From: Treponema sp.
Lineage (GTDB): Bacteria; Spirochaetota; Spirochaetia; Treponematales; Breznakiellaceae
DNA length: 64,000 nucleotides
Direction of reading: 5' to 3'
Assembly (NCBI GenBank): GCA_031257195.1
Contig: JAIRPD010000135.1
Coordinates: 714 to 64,713, forward strand
A program made the position numbers and the translations under genes. Shown here in pieces: positions 38,271-46,598 of the stretch. Below the pieces are notes generated by a model. The model saw only the letters and a program-made list of their open reading frames with translations, searched no databases and was not told where the DNA came from. How positions within the stretch are numbered: position 1 is the first letter of the stretch; each line of letters starts with the position of its first letter.

Positions 38271-38939
38271 CTAGGGGGCCCCTTTCACCACATAGATCTC
38301 CCGGACCCGGTGGTCCTTGTCCAGCCCCTTCCGCTCAAATTTGGTTTGGGGCCGCCAGGAAAAGCCGGGGGCGAATCCCCCGTAGGGGTTAAAGAGCCCC
38401 GGCGCGCCGGACAGCGCTTCCAGGGCCTCCGCGGCGTACGGTTCCCAGTCGGTAACCATGTAGATATACCCCCCCGCCGTAAGCCGGGAGGCCAGGGTTT
38501 CCGCGAAGGGCCGCTGGACCAGGCGGCGCTTGTGGTGCCGCTTTTTGGGCCAGGGATCGGGGAAGAAGAGGTGGAAGGCGGCGATAGTCCCGGGGGCCGT
38601 CATGGTTTCCAAAACCTCCGCGGCGTCGCGCTCGATGATCCGGACGTTGGAAAGGGAGCGCCGCTCCAGCTCCCAAATAAGTTTCCCTATGCCCGCCTTG
38701 AACACCTCTATCCCCAGGTAGTTTTTTTCCGGGTTGGCGGCGGCGATCTCCGCCGTGGCCGTTCCCATGCCAAAACCTATCTCCACGGTGAGGGGCCGCG
38801 GGTTCCCAAAGAGGGAGGCGAAATCCGCGGGAACCCCCGTATAGGGAATCCGGAAGCGAGTCCCCTCCTCGTAGGAACGTTCCTGGGCCCGGCTCATCCT
38901 CCCGGACCGGAGGACAAAACTTTTAATGGGGCTACTCAC
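38271..38939 (-). CDS. trmB: tRNA (guanine46-N7)-methyltransferase
   Basis: PIKSFVLRSGRMSRAQE resembles E. coli IRSFVRRQGRLTKGQ. SAM motif VEIGFGMG, plus FFPDPWPKKRHHKRR. The GTG start at 38939 gives an 8-nt overlap with the upstream stop. The longer ORF-track N-terminus is a Pro/Trp-rich shadow. Confidence 0.88.
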   Translation of the reverse strand: MSSPIKSFVLRSGRMSRAQERSYEEGTRFRIPYTGVPADFASLFGNPRPLTVEIGFGMGTATAEIAAANPEKNYLGIEVFKAGIGKLIWELERRSLSNVRIIERDAAEVLETMTAPGTIAAFHLFFPDPWPKKRHHKRRLVQRPFAETLASRLTAGGYIYMVTDWEPYAAEALEALSGAPGLFNPYGGFAPGFSWRPQTKFERKGLDKDHRVREIYVVKGAP

Positions 38940-39645
38940 GGAGGGGAACAATGTCCGTAAAGGCGGAAACAGAGCGCCCGGGGTCCCGGGACCAGAGGGC
39001 CAGGGATTCCGCCTGGGCGGGAAGCCCCAGGGCGGAAACCTCCCCCTCCAAAGCGGGGGGGCGTACCGTAAGGAGGTAGCTTCCGGCGTTGTCATAGGCG
39101 ATCAGGTTCTGCTCGGGGTACTGGGAATCGATCCGGTACCGGCCCGAGAAGATCACCAGCAGGGGAAAAAGGCCGTCCTCCTCCGGGGGGGCGTCAAAGC
39201 TGATGGCCCGCTCGGAACGGGCCCCCCCCTTGTCCACCAGCACCGCCCGGAACTGTCCCCGGGGCAGGGGGCTGTCGTCCTCCATGGCGATGGACCGGGT
39301 TCCTATCCAGGTCTTTCCATCAATGGTTTGGCTGATCCAATCTTTACTGGTAAGCCGCCAGGAAAGGGCGTCCCAATCGTGGTAGAGCCACAGTTCCTCC
39401 AGGTCTTCCATGCCGTCGTCGTCCTGGGGCAGGACAAAAAAGGTAAACCGCTCCGCGGGATTCCCCCCGTTTTCGTAATACACCAGCTCCAGGGCGCCAA
39501 AGTTGATCGCCGGGGCGGACTGGGAACAAACGGCGAAGAGCGGCCAAATCAGAATAGAAAAAACCGCGGCCCGGAACCGGCGGCCCCGGCGGAGGGAGAA
39601 CCCGCCGGCCAAAAAGCCCTCCCCCCCCGGTTTACGCTTCCCCAT
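38932..39645 (-). CDS. putative lipoprotein (237 aa)
   Basis: Basic N-terminus and a hydrophobic core ending in LFAVCS (lipobox-like). No known motif. Confidence 0.55.
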   Translation of the reverse strand: MGKRKPGGEGFLAGGFSLRRGRRFRAAVFSILIWPLFAVCSQSAPAINFGALELVYYENGGNPAERFTFFVLPQDDDGMEDLEELWLYHDWDALSWRLTSKDWISQTIDGKTWIGTRSIAMEDDSPLPRGQFRAVLVDKGGARSERAISFDAPPEEDGLFPLLVIFSGRYRIDSQYPEQNLIAYDNAGSYLLTVRPPALEGEVSALGLPAQAESLALWSRDPGRSVSAFTDIVPLRE

Positions 39646-39661
39646 GGCGATTTTACCCCCA

Positions 39662-40369
39662 CTACCAGCTTATTTCCATGGTGAGGGTCCTGTCAAGAAA
39701 CACCAATTCCGCCATGGGAACGCTGTACTCCACCGTGGAACCCTGGACCGCGCAGTTTCCCGGAAAGGACGGGGCCGCCCCGCCTTCCCCGTCAAACCAC
39801 GCCACCCGGGCCGCGCCGGGAAGGGAAAAGGCCAGAGAAAAACCATAGCCCTCCAGGGCCGCGCTGAGGAGGGCCTTAAAGTCCGGGTTTTGATCCCCCG
39901 ATTCGGGAAAGACCAGAACCATCCGCCGGCCGGGAATATCCGCCGTAAAAGCCTGGCCCGAGGCGTCAAAAAAGGCGTTTAACGCCTCCGGGGAGGCGAA
40001 GGAAAATTCCGCCCCCAGCACCGAATCCTTTCCCTTCGTCTTTTGGGAGGCGGAAAGCAGCTTAAGCCCCTCGATCCGGTCCGCGGTCCGTTCCAGATCC
40101 GCCTTCCCCGCCGGCAGGGGGAGCCAGCGCTCGTTCCCGTCCAGCTTTCCCAGGCTTTCCAGGTCCCCCGCCAGGCGGTATTCCACCTTTATCGCACCGG
40201 AACCGTCTTTGTTCACCGTAATCCGGGAATCCGTCCCGATACAGGAGGACAGGGCCAGGGAAACGAGCAGGGCCAGGGCGGGCGCGAAGCCCCCGCGGTG
40301 AACCCGCCGCCGGGAACAGACCGGGGCGCGCCCTGAACGGGGAAAAGAAAAAAAGCCGGAGGGAACCAC
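39662..40369 (-). CDS. putative lipoprotein (235 aa)
   Basis: ALALLVSLALSSCIGTDS lipobox. The start codon abuts the DUF503 stop. Confidence 0.6.
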   Translation of the reverse strand: MVPSGFFSFPRSGRAPVCSRRRVHRGGFAPALALLVSLALSSCIGTDSRITVNKDGSGAIKVEYRLAGDLESLGKLDGNERWLPLPAGKADLERTADRIEGLKLLSASQKTKGKDSVLGAEFSFASPEALNAFFDASGQAFTADIPGRRMVLVFPESGDQNPDFKALLSAALEGYGFSLAFSLPGAARVAWFDGEGGAAPSFPGNCAVQGSTVEYSVPMAELVFLDRTLTMEISW

Positions 40370-40657
40370 TTAAAACTCCTCGGAATGGATCTGTACGTCC
40401 TGAATAACTATCGTCCCCTCATCTTCTATCATTTTAAGGGCCTTGTTCAAGACCGCCTCGCCGAAGGTCCGGGAATTGGAAACCAGCGCCCCCCCAATCT
40501 GGGCGAAGGACAGGGAGTCCTGGAGGTCCACCTCCGCGGCGCTCAGCTTAAACCGCCGCCACAGTCGATCCTTAAGGGACTTAACCACCCGCCGTTTGTC
40601 TTTAACACTCCCCACGCCGGGAACCTTAAGGATGATCTGGATCATGGACACTATCAT
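40370..40657 (-). CDS. DUF503 (YlxP-like) family protein
   Basis: The last 95 aa of ORF 40370..41896 (MIVSMIQIILKVPGVGSVKDKRRVVKSLKDRL...) match the DUF503 pattern. The remaining upstream ORF is antisense to the giant gene. Confidence 0.7.
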   Translation of the reverse strand: MIVSMIQIILKVPGVGSVKDKRRVVKSLKDRLWRRFKLSAAEVDLQDSLSFAQIGGALVSNSRTFGEAVLNKALKMIEDEGTIVIQDVQIHSEEF

Positions 40658-40775
40658 GGGTTTGTCAGTATAACCCATCCAGAGAAAAAACGGAAGGGAA
40701 CGATTGACGATAAACGGAGAACCCAGGAGCGGGCTCCCGGGCTCGGACCCCCGCCTTCCAATCAACCCCCGCCCA

Positions 40776-40804
40776 TTGGAAGAGGCCGCCGGGGGGACTA
40801 TACT
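40776..40804 (+). promoter_or_regulatory. candidate sigma-70 promoter of the giant gene
   Basis: TTGGAA (40776-81), 17-nt spacer, TATACT (40799-804). The -10 element ends 6 nt before GTG 40811. Confidence 0.35.
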
Positions 40805-40810
40805 GGAAAA

Positions 40811-43800
40811 GTGAATAAGGCCCGGCCCCTCGCCTTTCTCCTTGTCCTTTTTCCCGCCTTCGCGCCGCCGGATCGTGTCCTTGCCCAGGAAACCGGTCCG
40901 CCCCCCTCGATGGAGCGCCACCAGGAGGAGATCACCCGGGAGTCGGGGGCCCAGCTTTTTACCCTGGGTCTCGGCAGCGGGGACGTGTCCCTCTTTATGA
41001 ACGGCTACTGGAAGGGTTCCCTGGGACTCAACTGGGGCCTGGGCTTTTCCCCCCTGGGAACCGCGCCGAACACCAGGGATTCGCCGCTCCTCTTTACCCA
41101 GGAGGCGGACCTGACCCTGTCGCTCTGGCTTTGGCGGCGGTGGTTTTTGGAGGTGAGTTTCCTCGACGACTATAACCTGAACACCTACCGGGCGGGATAC
41201 CAGGGCTTTCCGGGGGAAACGGTCCAATACGTGGGGGCGGGAAACACGGGCCTGAACTTTCCCGTTTTTCCCTATTTGGACCTGGGGGGGGAGTCCCCCT
41301 CCTCCTTTGGGGTCTACGGCCGTTTTGGCCCGGAAAACCTGGTCTTCCATACCCTGTTCCGTTACGACGCCGCGGGCCGGGAGGAACGGACCTTTGTGGG
41401 AAACCGGGAACGGGGTTATGTTACCCTTCCGCCCGGACAGCCCCTGCGGGGAAGGTCCTTTGTCCTTCCGGACGAAAATATCCCCTCCGTTCCGGCGCTG
41501 TACCTGGAGGACAAGGGAGGGGAATTTTCCGGCGGGGGCCGGCGCTGGCGGCGGGCGGCCCCCAGCGAATACGCCGTCAGCGCCCGGTCCGGCCTGGTGG
41601 AACTGGTCCGGCGGCCCGCCGGGATGGCGGCGGTAAGCTACGCCGGGGTTGGCCCCGGGGGAACGCCGAACCTGGGAAGCTACTATACCGGTTCCGCGGG
41701 GGCGCCCGGTCCGGGAACGGGCTTTCTGGGGGAGGTACAGGACCATTTTGACCCCGCCCGGACCGGGATAAAACTGTGGGAGTACCCCCAAAGCGGGGAC
41801 GCCGCGTCCAGCGGCGAGCCCGGAATTGTCGCGATCCACGGCGTCTACGCCCTGGTGATCTACGAGCCGGGGACCTTCTCTCCCTTTGAGCGCCAAAGCC
41901 GTTACCAGGCCCCCCAGGCCAGCGTGGAAGAGGCCGTCATAATCCGGCTTTCCACGGGGGAAAGGATAGCCCCCTATGAGGTCCTCCCCGTCTCAAGCCT
42001 TACCGCGGGCCTGGACAACACCCTCTACAGCCTTACCGGGGACGAAACAAGCCGGGGAACCTTCGAGGTCAGCGCCGGGGAACGGAACCGGCGATCCCCC
42101 GGGTCCCTTTGGCCCCTGGGGGAGTACCCGGAGATCTACCTTCCCGGTTCCCCCGCCTTTGCCGGGGATATGTGCCTGCGCTTTACCAGCTACGGGCCCC
42201 CGGGGGCCTACTCCATCGGAACCGACGTGATCCCCGGCTCGGTCCAGGTATACCGGGGGGGGCTCCCCGATTCCCAGGCAAGCTACAATCCGGGAAGCGG
42301 CGTGGTTACCCTGGGAAGCCCCGCGGGGTTTAACGAGGTTATCCGGGTGAGCTATCTGAAACGGAGCGAGGACCAGAAAGTGGGGAGCCTGGCCGCGGGG
42401 GTCGGGGTGGTCTACAGGCCGGAAGAAAGCCCCTTCAGCGCCGAGGCGGCCCTGGGGATGCGGTGGAACCTGTCCCGGGAAGCCTTTACGGAGGAGGGGG
42501 CCGCCAGTCCCGGTACGGTGGGTTTCGGCGCGAAAGGTTCCTGGGATTACGGCGGACTGAAGGCGAGTCTTTCCCTGGGCCTGGGCTTTGAGCAGCCCGA
42601 CACCACGGGCCTCCACCGGGTGGCCGGGATGGAGGGCCGTTCGGAAATCGTCCTGGGACTCTCCACCACGGCGGGGGTCATCTCCCAAACGCCGGCGGAC
42701 CCGGCGGGCCCCTCCCCGCCTTTTTCCGGCCTGGACCGGAACCGCCGGGTTCCCCTGGTTTACCGGAATTACCGGTGGAGCGATTTTCTGGGGGTTTCAA
42801 CCCTCAAACCCATAGACTGGTCCGCTCCGGTGATCTCAAACCTTGAGGGCCCCTATCCCGCCCAGGCGAGTGAGCTTAACGCGGACGTGTTCGCGGCTGA
42901 ATTCGAGAACCTCTCCGCCGGGGACTGGACGGGCTTTCAGGTTCCCCTGGGCGCCGACAGCGGGGTTTCGCTGGAGAGCGCCGGGGAGATCATCCTCCCG
43001 TTGCGGTTTTACGGCGGCCCTCCCCCCGGGGACCTGAAGGTATTCGTCCAGTTCGGCGGCCTTTCCGGCGAGGATTTCCCGGGGCCGGAAAACCCCTCCC
43101 TGATCGTAACCGGGGAAATTTTTCCCGGTAATAGTTTTCCGGATCCCAAGGTTCCCGCCTGGTCCCTGGGCAGGGTAACCTTGAGCGACGCCGACCGGCG
43201 GAAGCTGAAAAACCCCCGGTATATGCGGATCCTCCTTGTCCCCGGCCCCTCCTTTTCGGGGGTCTATTCGGGGAGGCTCCTGGCCGCCAAGCCTTATATC
43301 CAGGGGGCCGTGTGGAACGCCCTTACCGTGGAGGGGGGGGCAATCAAGGCCGCCCCGGATCCCGGCGGCGGAACCGGAGCCGGGGTAAGGGCGGTGGAGG
43401 TGAGGGCGCCGGACTTGGGGGGGGACAGAATAGCCCGGCTCCACAGGACCGGGACTAATTTTGTCCTGCGGATCGACTGGACCGGGATGGAATCCGCCGG
43501 GGCCGGGGGGAGGGTTTCCGCCCTTCCCCTTTCCACCTACCGGATCCTCAGTTTTTACCTCAAGGGCCCCCTGCCGGCGGATTCGGAGTTTCACTTTCTG
43601 GTTTCCCGGGGTCCCGATTCCTGGGGCCGGGAGGGGGAAACCGCCCTGGAACTGACCATGGAGATTCCGCCGGGCCACCCCCTCACGGAAAACCGGTGGC
43701 GGAGCGTGGAAATCCAGTACGGGAGGGAACGCCGCCGGGTCCTCATCGACGGCGCCGAATACGGGGGTGCAATCCAGTACCGGCCCGCCGTTTCGCGCCG

Positions 43801-45673
43801 GACCGGGGCGGAAAGCGGTTCCCTGTCCGGCGGCCTCGACGGTGGACAGTCCGCTTACCTCGCGGCCTTTTTTGTCCCCAAACCGGGCGGCGGCGGCGCG
43901 AGCGGCGGTGTTTTTTCCATCGACGAGGTTTGCCTGGAGGATCCTTCCCCGGCCTACCGGGTTAACGGCGGGGCGGCGCTGGACTGGAACCATCCCGAAG
44001 CCCTGATCAAGGCGGGGGAAAAAACGGTGGTTTCCGGCGCCGCCTTTACCACCGCCCTGGAAAGCGCCCTCCGGGGGGATCCCTTTAATTCCCGGGCGGA
44101 AACCTTTACCGGCGCCCAGTCCCGGTCCCAGGGGAAGATAACCATCCTGGACACGAAAATCGCGGGGGTTCTTAACTTTACGGTATCTAACGATTTTTCC
44201 CACTGGAGCGCCGGCCATGATCTTTCCCGGTCCTTCGGCCCCTTTTCGGTCTCCGAAACCTTTAACGCGGACCCCGCGGAGGGCGGGGAGACCATGGACC
44301 ATCGCTTTTCGCTGGGATTAGACACGCCTTTTTATGGAAAGATCTCCTCTTCTCTGGGCTATCAGTACAATAAACTCAGCCGAAACTGGGACACCGCCTG
44401 GGGGATCAGACCGGAACAAAACGGCCGCCCCGGTTTTTCCCTGGAGGGGGGCGTAAAATACACGGAAAAAACCGGCCAAGTCCTGGAGTGGATGCCCAAC
44501 TACGCCCATACCTGGGTTCAAAGCTGGCCCTATATGATCCCCGATTCTGGCGCGGGAGTGGAGGGGCGGATCATCCAAAACCGGGATCTCCGGGCCAGGG
44601 CGGGTTTTGTCCTGGACTTCCTGCCCGCGGGGGCGGATCTTTCCGTTGAGGGAACCAGCGCGGTTTCCATTCCCCTGGAACTAACCACCTCCTCCTCAAG
44701 GGTCCGCCTGCTTTTTCCCTTTCACTTTGGCCCCCTCCGGGGCGCCCTGCGTTCCGAGCGGGGCCTTTCCCAAAGCCTGGTTTACGCGGCGGAGGATACC
44801 GCGGGCGATGTTTCTCAATACGGGCAAAGCCTTTCCGCCGCGGCCCCCCTCTGGCGGCGGATACCGGTCTTTGCCCTCTTTGACCCGGACCTGGCCGAGG
44901 CCATGGACAAAACCCTTTCCAACTACGGGCGGAACGCGGACAACGCCCGGTTCAACGAGGTCCTGGCCTTGAGCCTTTTTTTTCCCGAGCGTTACGATTG
45001 GCTTTCCCTGGTTCTCCCGGTAAGCTTCCTCACCCAGCTGGACAGAACCATGGATCAGCGCATGGACACCAGGCTTGACGTGTTCACGATCAGTTCCGTT
45101 TTGGGCTTTTCCTCAATCAACCTCTTTGGCGCCATGGGGAGCCTCCCGGTTTTTCGCTTCTATCAGAGTGATGAACTAAGCCATTCCCTCGCGGGCATGA
45201 TTTCCATCCCCCGGTCGGAGGATCCCCGGTGGAGGATTCAGGCCGAACAAACGGTGAATTTTTCCGGTTTCAAGGGGGCGGAACTGGGGCTGAACAACGC
45301 CCTTACGGTCTCTTCCACCGGCTGGGCCGACAGCTTCACCCTCCTCTGGACTATCCCCGCGGAAAGGACCCTCCTCGCCGTCTTTTACCATTGGGGGATA
45401 AAGAAAATAGCGGGAAGCGGTTACTTCCCCGCGATAGACGAACTGGCCGCGGGGGGGCACGATCGGTTCCTCCGGGAATCGCTGGAACTGGTTCTTGACT
45501 ATTCGGGCGAGTATGGGACCTACGCTCTTCTTTTAGGGCACGAATCGGTGGTCCGGGCCCTGGGCAGACTGACCCTCACGGGGTTCGCCAAACTGAACAT
45601 CCTGCGGAACATGGAACTTGAGACAACCGCCCTCAACATCAGTTTTGGGACCACCCTGACCCTTACTTTTTAG
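40811..45673 (+). CDS. very large secreted, probably outer-membrane beta-barrel, protein (~1620 aa), family unknown
   Basis: GTG start gives the signal peptide MNKARPLAFLLVLFPAFAPPDRVLAQE. Gly/Ser/Tyr-rich amphipathic beta-like sequence throughout. C-terminal beta-signal FGTTLTLTF. The ORF-track part upstream of 40811 overlaps the DUF503 gene and contains no start codon. Confidence 0.7.
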   Translation: MNKARPLAFLLVLFPAFAPPDRVLAQETGPPPSMERHQEEITRESGAQLFTLGLGSGDVSLFMNGYWKGSLGLNWGLGFSPLGTAPNTRDSPLLFTQEADLTLSLWLWRRWFLEVSFLDDYNLNTYRAGYQGFPGETVQYVGAGNTGLNFPVFPYLDLGGESPSSFGVYGRFGPENLVFHTLFRYDAAGREERTFVGNRERGYVTLPPGQPLRGRSFVLPDENIPSVPALYLEDKGGEFSGGGRRWRRAAPSEYAVSARSGLVELVRRPAGMAAVSYAGVGPGGTPNLGSYYTGSAGAPGPGTGFLGEVQDHFDPARTGIKLWEYPQSGDAASSGEPGIVAIHGVYALVIYEPGTFSPFERQSRYQAPQASVEEAVIIRLSTGERIAPYEVLPVSSLTAGLDNTLYSLTGDETSRGTFEVSAGERNRRSPGSLWPLGEYPEIYLPGSPAFAGDMCLRFTSYGPPGAYSIGTDVIPGSVQVYRGGLPDSQASYNPGSGVVTLGSPAGFNEVIRVSYLKRSEDQKVGSLAAGVGVVYRPEESPFSAEAALGMRWNLSREAFTEEGAASPGTVGFGAKGSWDYGGLKASLSLGLGFEQPDTTGLHRVAGMEGRSEIVLGLSTTAGVISQTPADPAGPSPPFSGLDRNRRVPLVYRNYRWSDFLGVSTLKPIDWSAPVISNLEGPYPAQASELNADVFAAEFENLSAGDWTGFQVPLGADSGVSLESAGEIILPLRFYGGPPPGDLKVFVQFGGLSGEDFPGPENPSLIVTGEIFPGNSFPDPKVPAWSLGRVTLSDADRRKLKNPRYMRILLVPGPSFSGVYSGRLLAAKPYIQGAVWNALTVEGGAIKAAPDPGGGTGAGVRAVEVRAPDLGGDRIARLHRTGTNFVLRIDWTGMESAGAGGRVSALPLSTYRILSFYLKGPLPADSEFHFLVSRGPDSWGREGETALELTMEIPPGHPLTENRWRSVEIQYGRERRRVLIDGAEYGGAIQYRPAVSRRTGAESGSLSGGLDGGQSAYLAAFFVPKPGGGGASGGVFSIDEVCLEDPSPAYRVNGGAALDWNHPEALIKAGEKTVVSGAAFTTALESALRGDPFNSRAETFTGAQSRSQGKITILDTKIAGVLNFTVSNDFSHWSAGHDLSRSFGPFSVSETFNADPAEGGETMDHRFSLGLDTPFYGKISSSLGYQYNKLSRNWDTAWGIRPEQNGRPGFSLEGGVKYTEKTGQVLEWMPNYAHTWVQSWPYMIPDSGAGVEGRIIQNRDLRARAGFVLDFLPAGADLSVEGTSAVSIPLELTTSSSRVRLLFPFHFGPLRGALRSERGLSQSLVYAAEDTAGDVSQYGQSLSAAAPLWRRIPVFALFDPDLAEAMDKTLSNYGRNADNARFNEVLALSLFFPERYDWLSLVLPVSFLTQLDRTMDQRMDTRLDVFTISSVLGFSSINLFGAMGSLPVFRFYQSDELSHSLAGMISIPRSEDPRWRIQAEQTVNFSGFKGAELGLNNALTVSSTGWADSFTLLWTIPAERTLLAVFYHWGIKKIAGSGYFPAIDELAAGGHDRFLRESLELVLDYSGEYGTYALLLGHESVVRALGRLTLTGFAKLNILRNMELETTALNISFGTTLTLTF

Positions 45674-46598
45674 ATCCCCCGGGTTCCGGTTCCTCCGGTT
45701 TTAGTTCCCCCAGGACCTTCCGGATCTCCGTTTTTTTCCCCTCGGAAACCGCCGTACTCGCCAAAAGGCCGTCAATGGCCCGCTGATCCTTAAAACCGCC
45801 GGTTAAGGCTTCCCGCAGCGCGGCAATCCCCTCCGTGGAGACCGAATCCCCCTTAAGGCGGGCGGCGGCTACCCGGAATTTGACCAGGGAAAGATCCGGC
45901 TTATCCTGGGAAGAGTCGTCCAGCACCCGCTTATACTCATTCAGGGCTTTGGCGTAAAAACCCTGTTCCTCAAGGAATTCGCCGTAATCAAACCGTATCC
46001 GGGGGCTGGAACTTTTCAAAAGGCAGGCCCGAAAGGTATCCGCCGCCTCGGGTTTTCCCTGTTTTTTCTGGGCCCTGGCCAAAAGGTACAGCGCGTCGGC
46101 GTTTTCCGCGTTTTTATATTTGACCAGCACCGCCTCCGCCTCCGGCGCCTTGTCCAGCGCCATGAGTACCAGGGCGTAGTTGTAACCCTCGTCGTAACTT
46201 TCGGGAACCAGCGTCAAAACCTGGTCGTAATAGGTTTCCGCCTTTTCAAGGTCCCCGTTTTTTATAGCCGCGTACGCCGCCGCCCTCAGGGCCATAACGT
46301 TTTTGGGATCCTTTCCCAGGATCCACTCAAAATGCCGGAGGGCGTCCCCGTAACGGTTTTTCTCATAGGCGATCCGGCCCAGGTTGTATTCCGAGGCGTT
46401 CCGGGTACGCCTGTGGAATTTCGCCTTGCCAAACCATTTTTCCGCCTCGTCATATTTTTTTAAATCAAAGTAAGCCGTCCCCAGGGCGTAAAATTCCTCG
46501 GCCCTGGCGGAGGTAAGGCAGGAAACACAGCCCAGGGCGGATAAAAGGGAAAGGAAACAAAGGGCCAGAACGGAAACGGAAGGCGGGATTTTCATCAC
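45663..46598 (-). CDS. TPR repeat lipoprotein
   Basis: Lipobox LLSALGC, then TPR repeats (YFDLKKYDEAEKWFGKA, AYEKNRYGDALRHFEWIL, NGDLEKAETYYDQVL). Its 3' end overlaps the giant gene convergently by 11 nt. Confidence 0.7.
   Translation of the reverse strand: MMKIPPSVSVLALCFLSLLSALGCVSCLTSARAEEFYALGTAYFDLKKYDEAEKWFGKAKFHRRTRNASEYNLGRIAYEKNRYGDALRHFEWILGKDPKNVMALRAAAYAAIKNGDLEKAETYYDQVLTLVPESYDEGYNYALVLMALDKAPEAEAVLVKYKNAENADALYLLARAQKKQGKPEAADTFRACLLKSSSPRIRFDYGEFLEEQGFYAKALNEYKRVLDDSSQDKPDLSLVKFRVAAARLKGDSVSTEGIAALREALTGGFKDQRAIDGLLASTAVSEGKKTEIRKVLGELKPEEPEPGGSKK

Noticed and set aside
40385-40810. N-terminal 142 codons of the 1762-aa ORF
   Set aside because: This part overlaps the DUF503 gene on the other strand. 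It has no start codon between the ORF's own first codon and GTG 40811, and the signal peptide begins at 40811.
40658-41896. Upstream ~410 aa of ORF 40370..41896 (minus strand)
   Set aside because: Only the last 95 codons look like a real protein (DUF503). The rest is Pro/Gly/Arg-rich and antisense to the giant gene.
42836-44302. 488-aa ORF antisense to the giant gene
   Set aside because: Low-complexity Gly/Pro/Arg shadow ORF.
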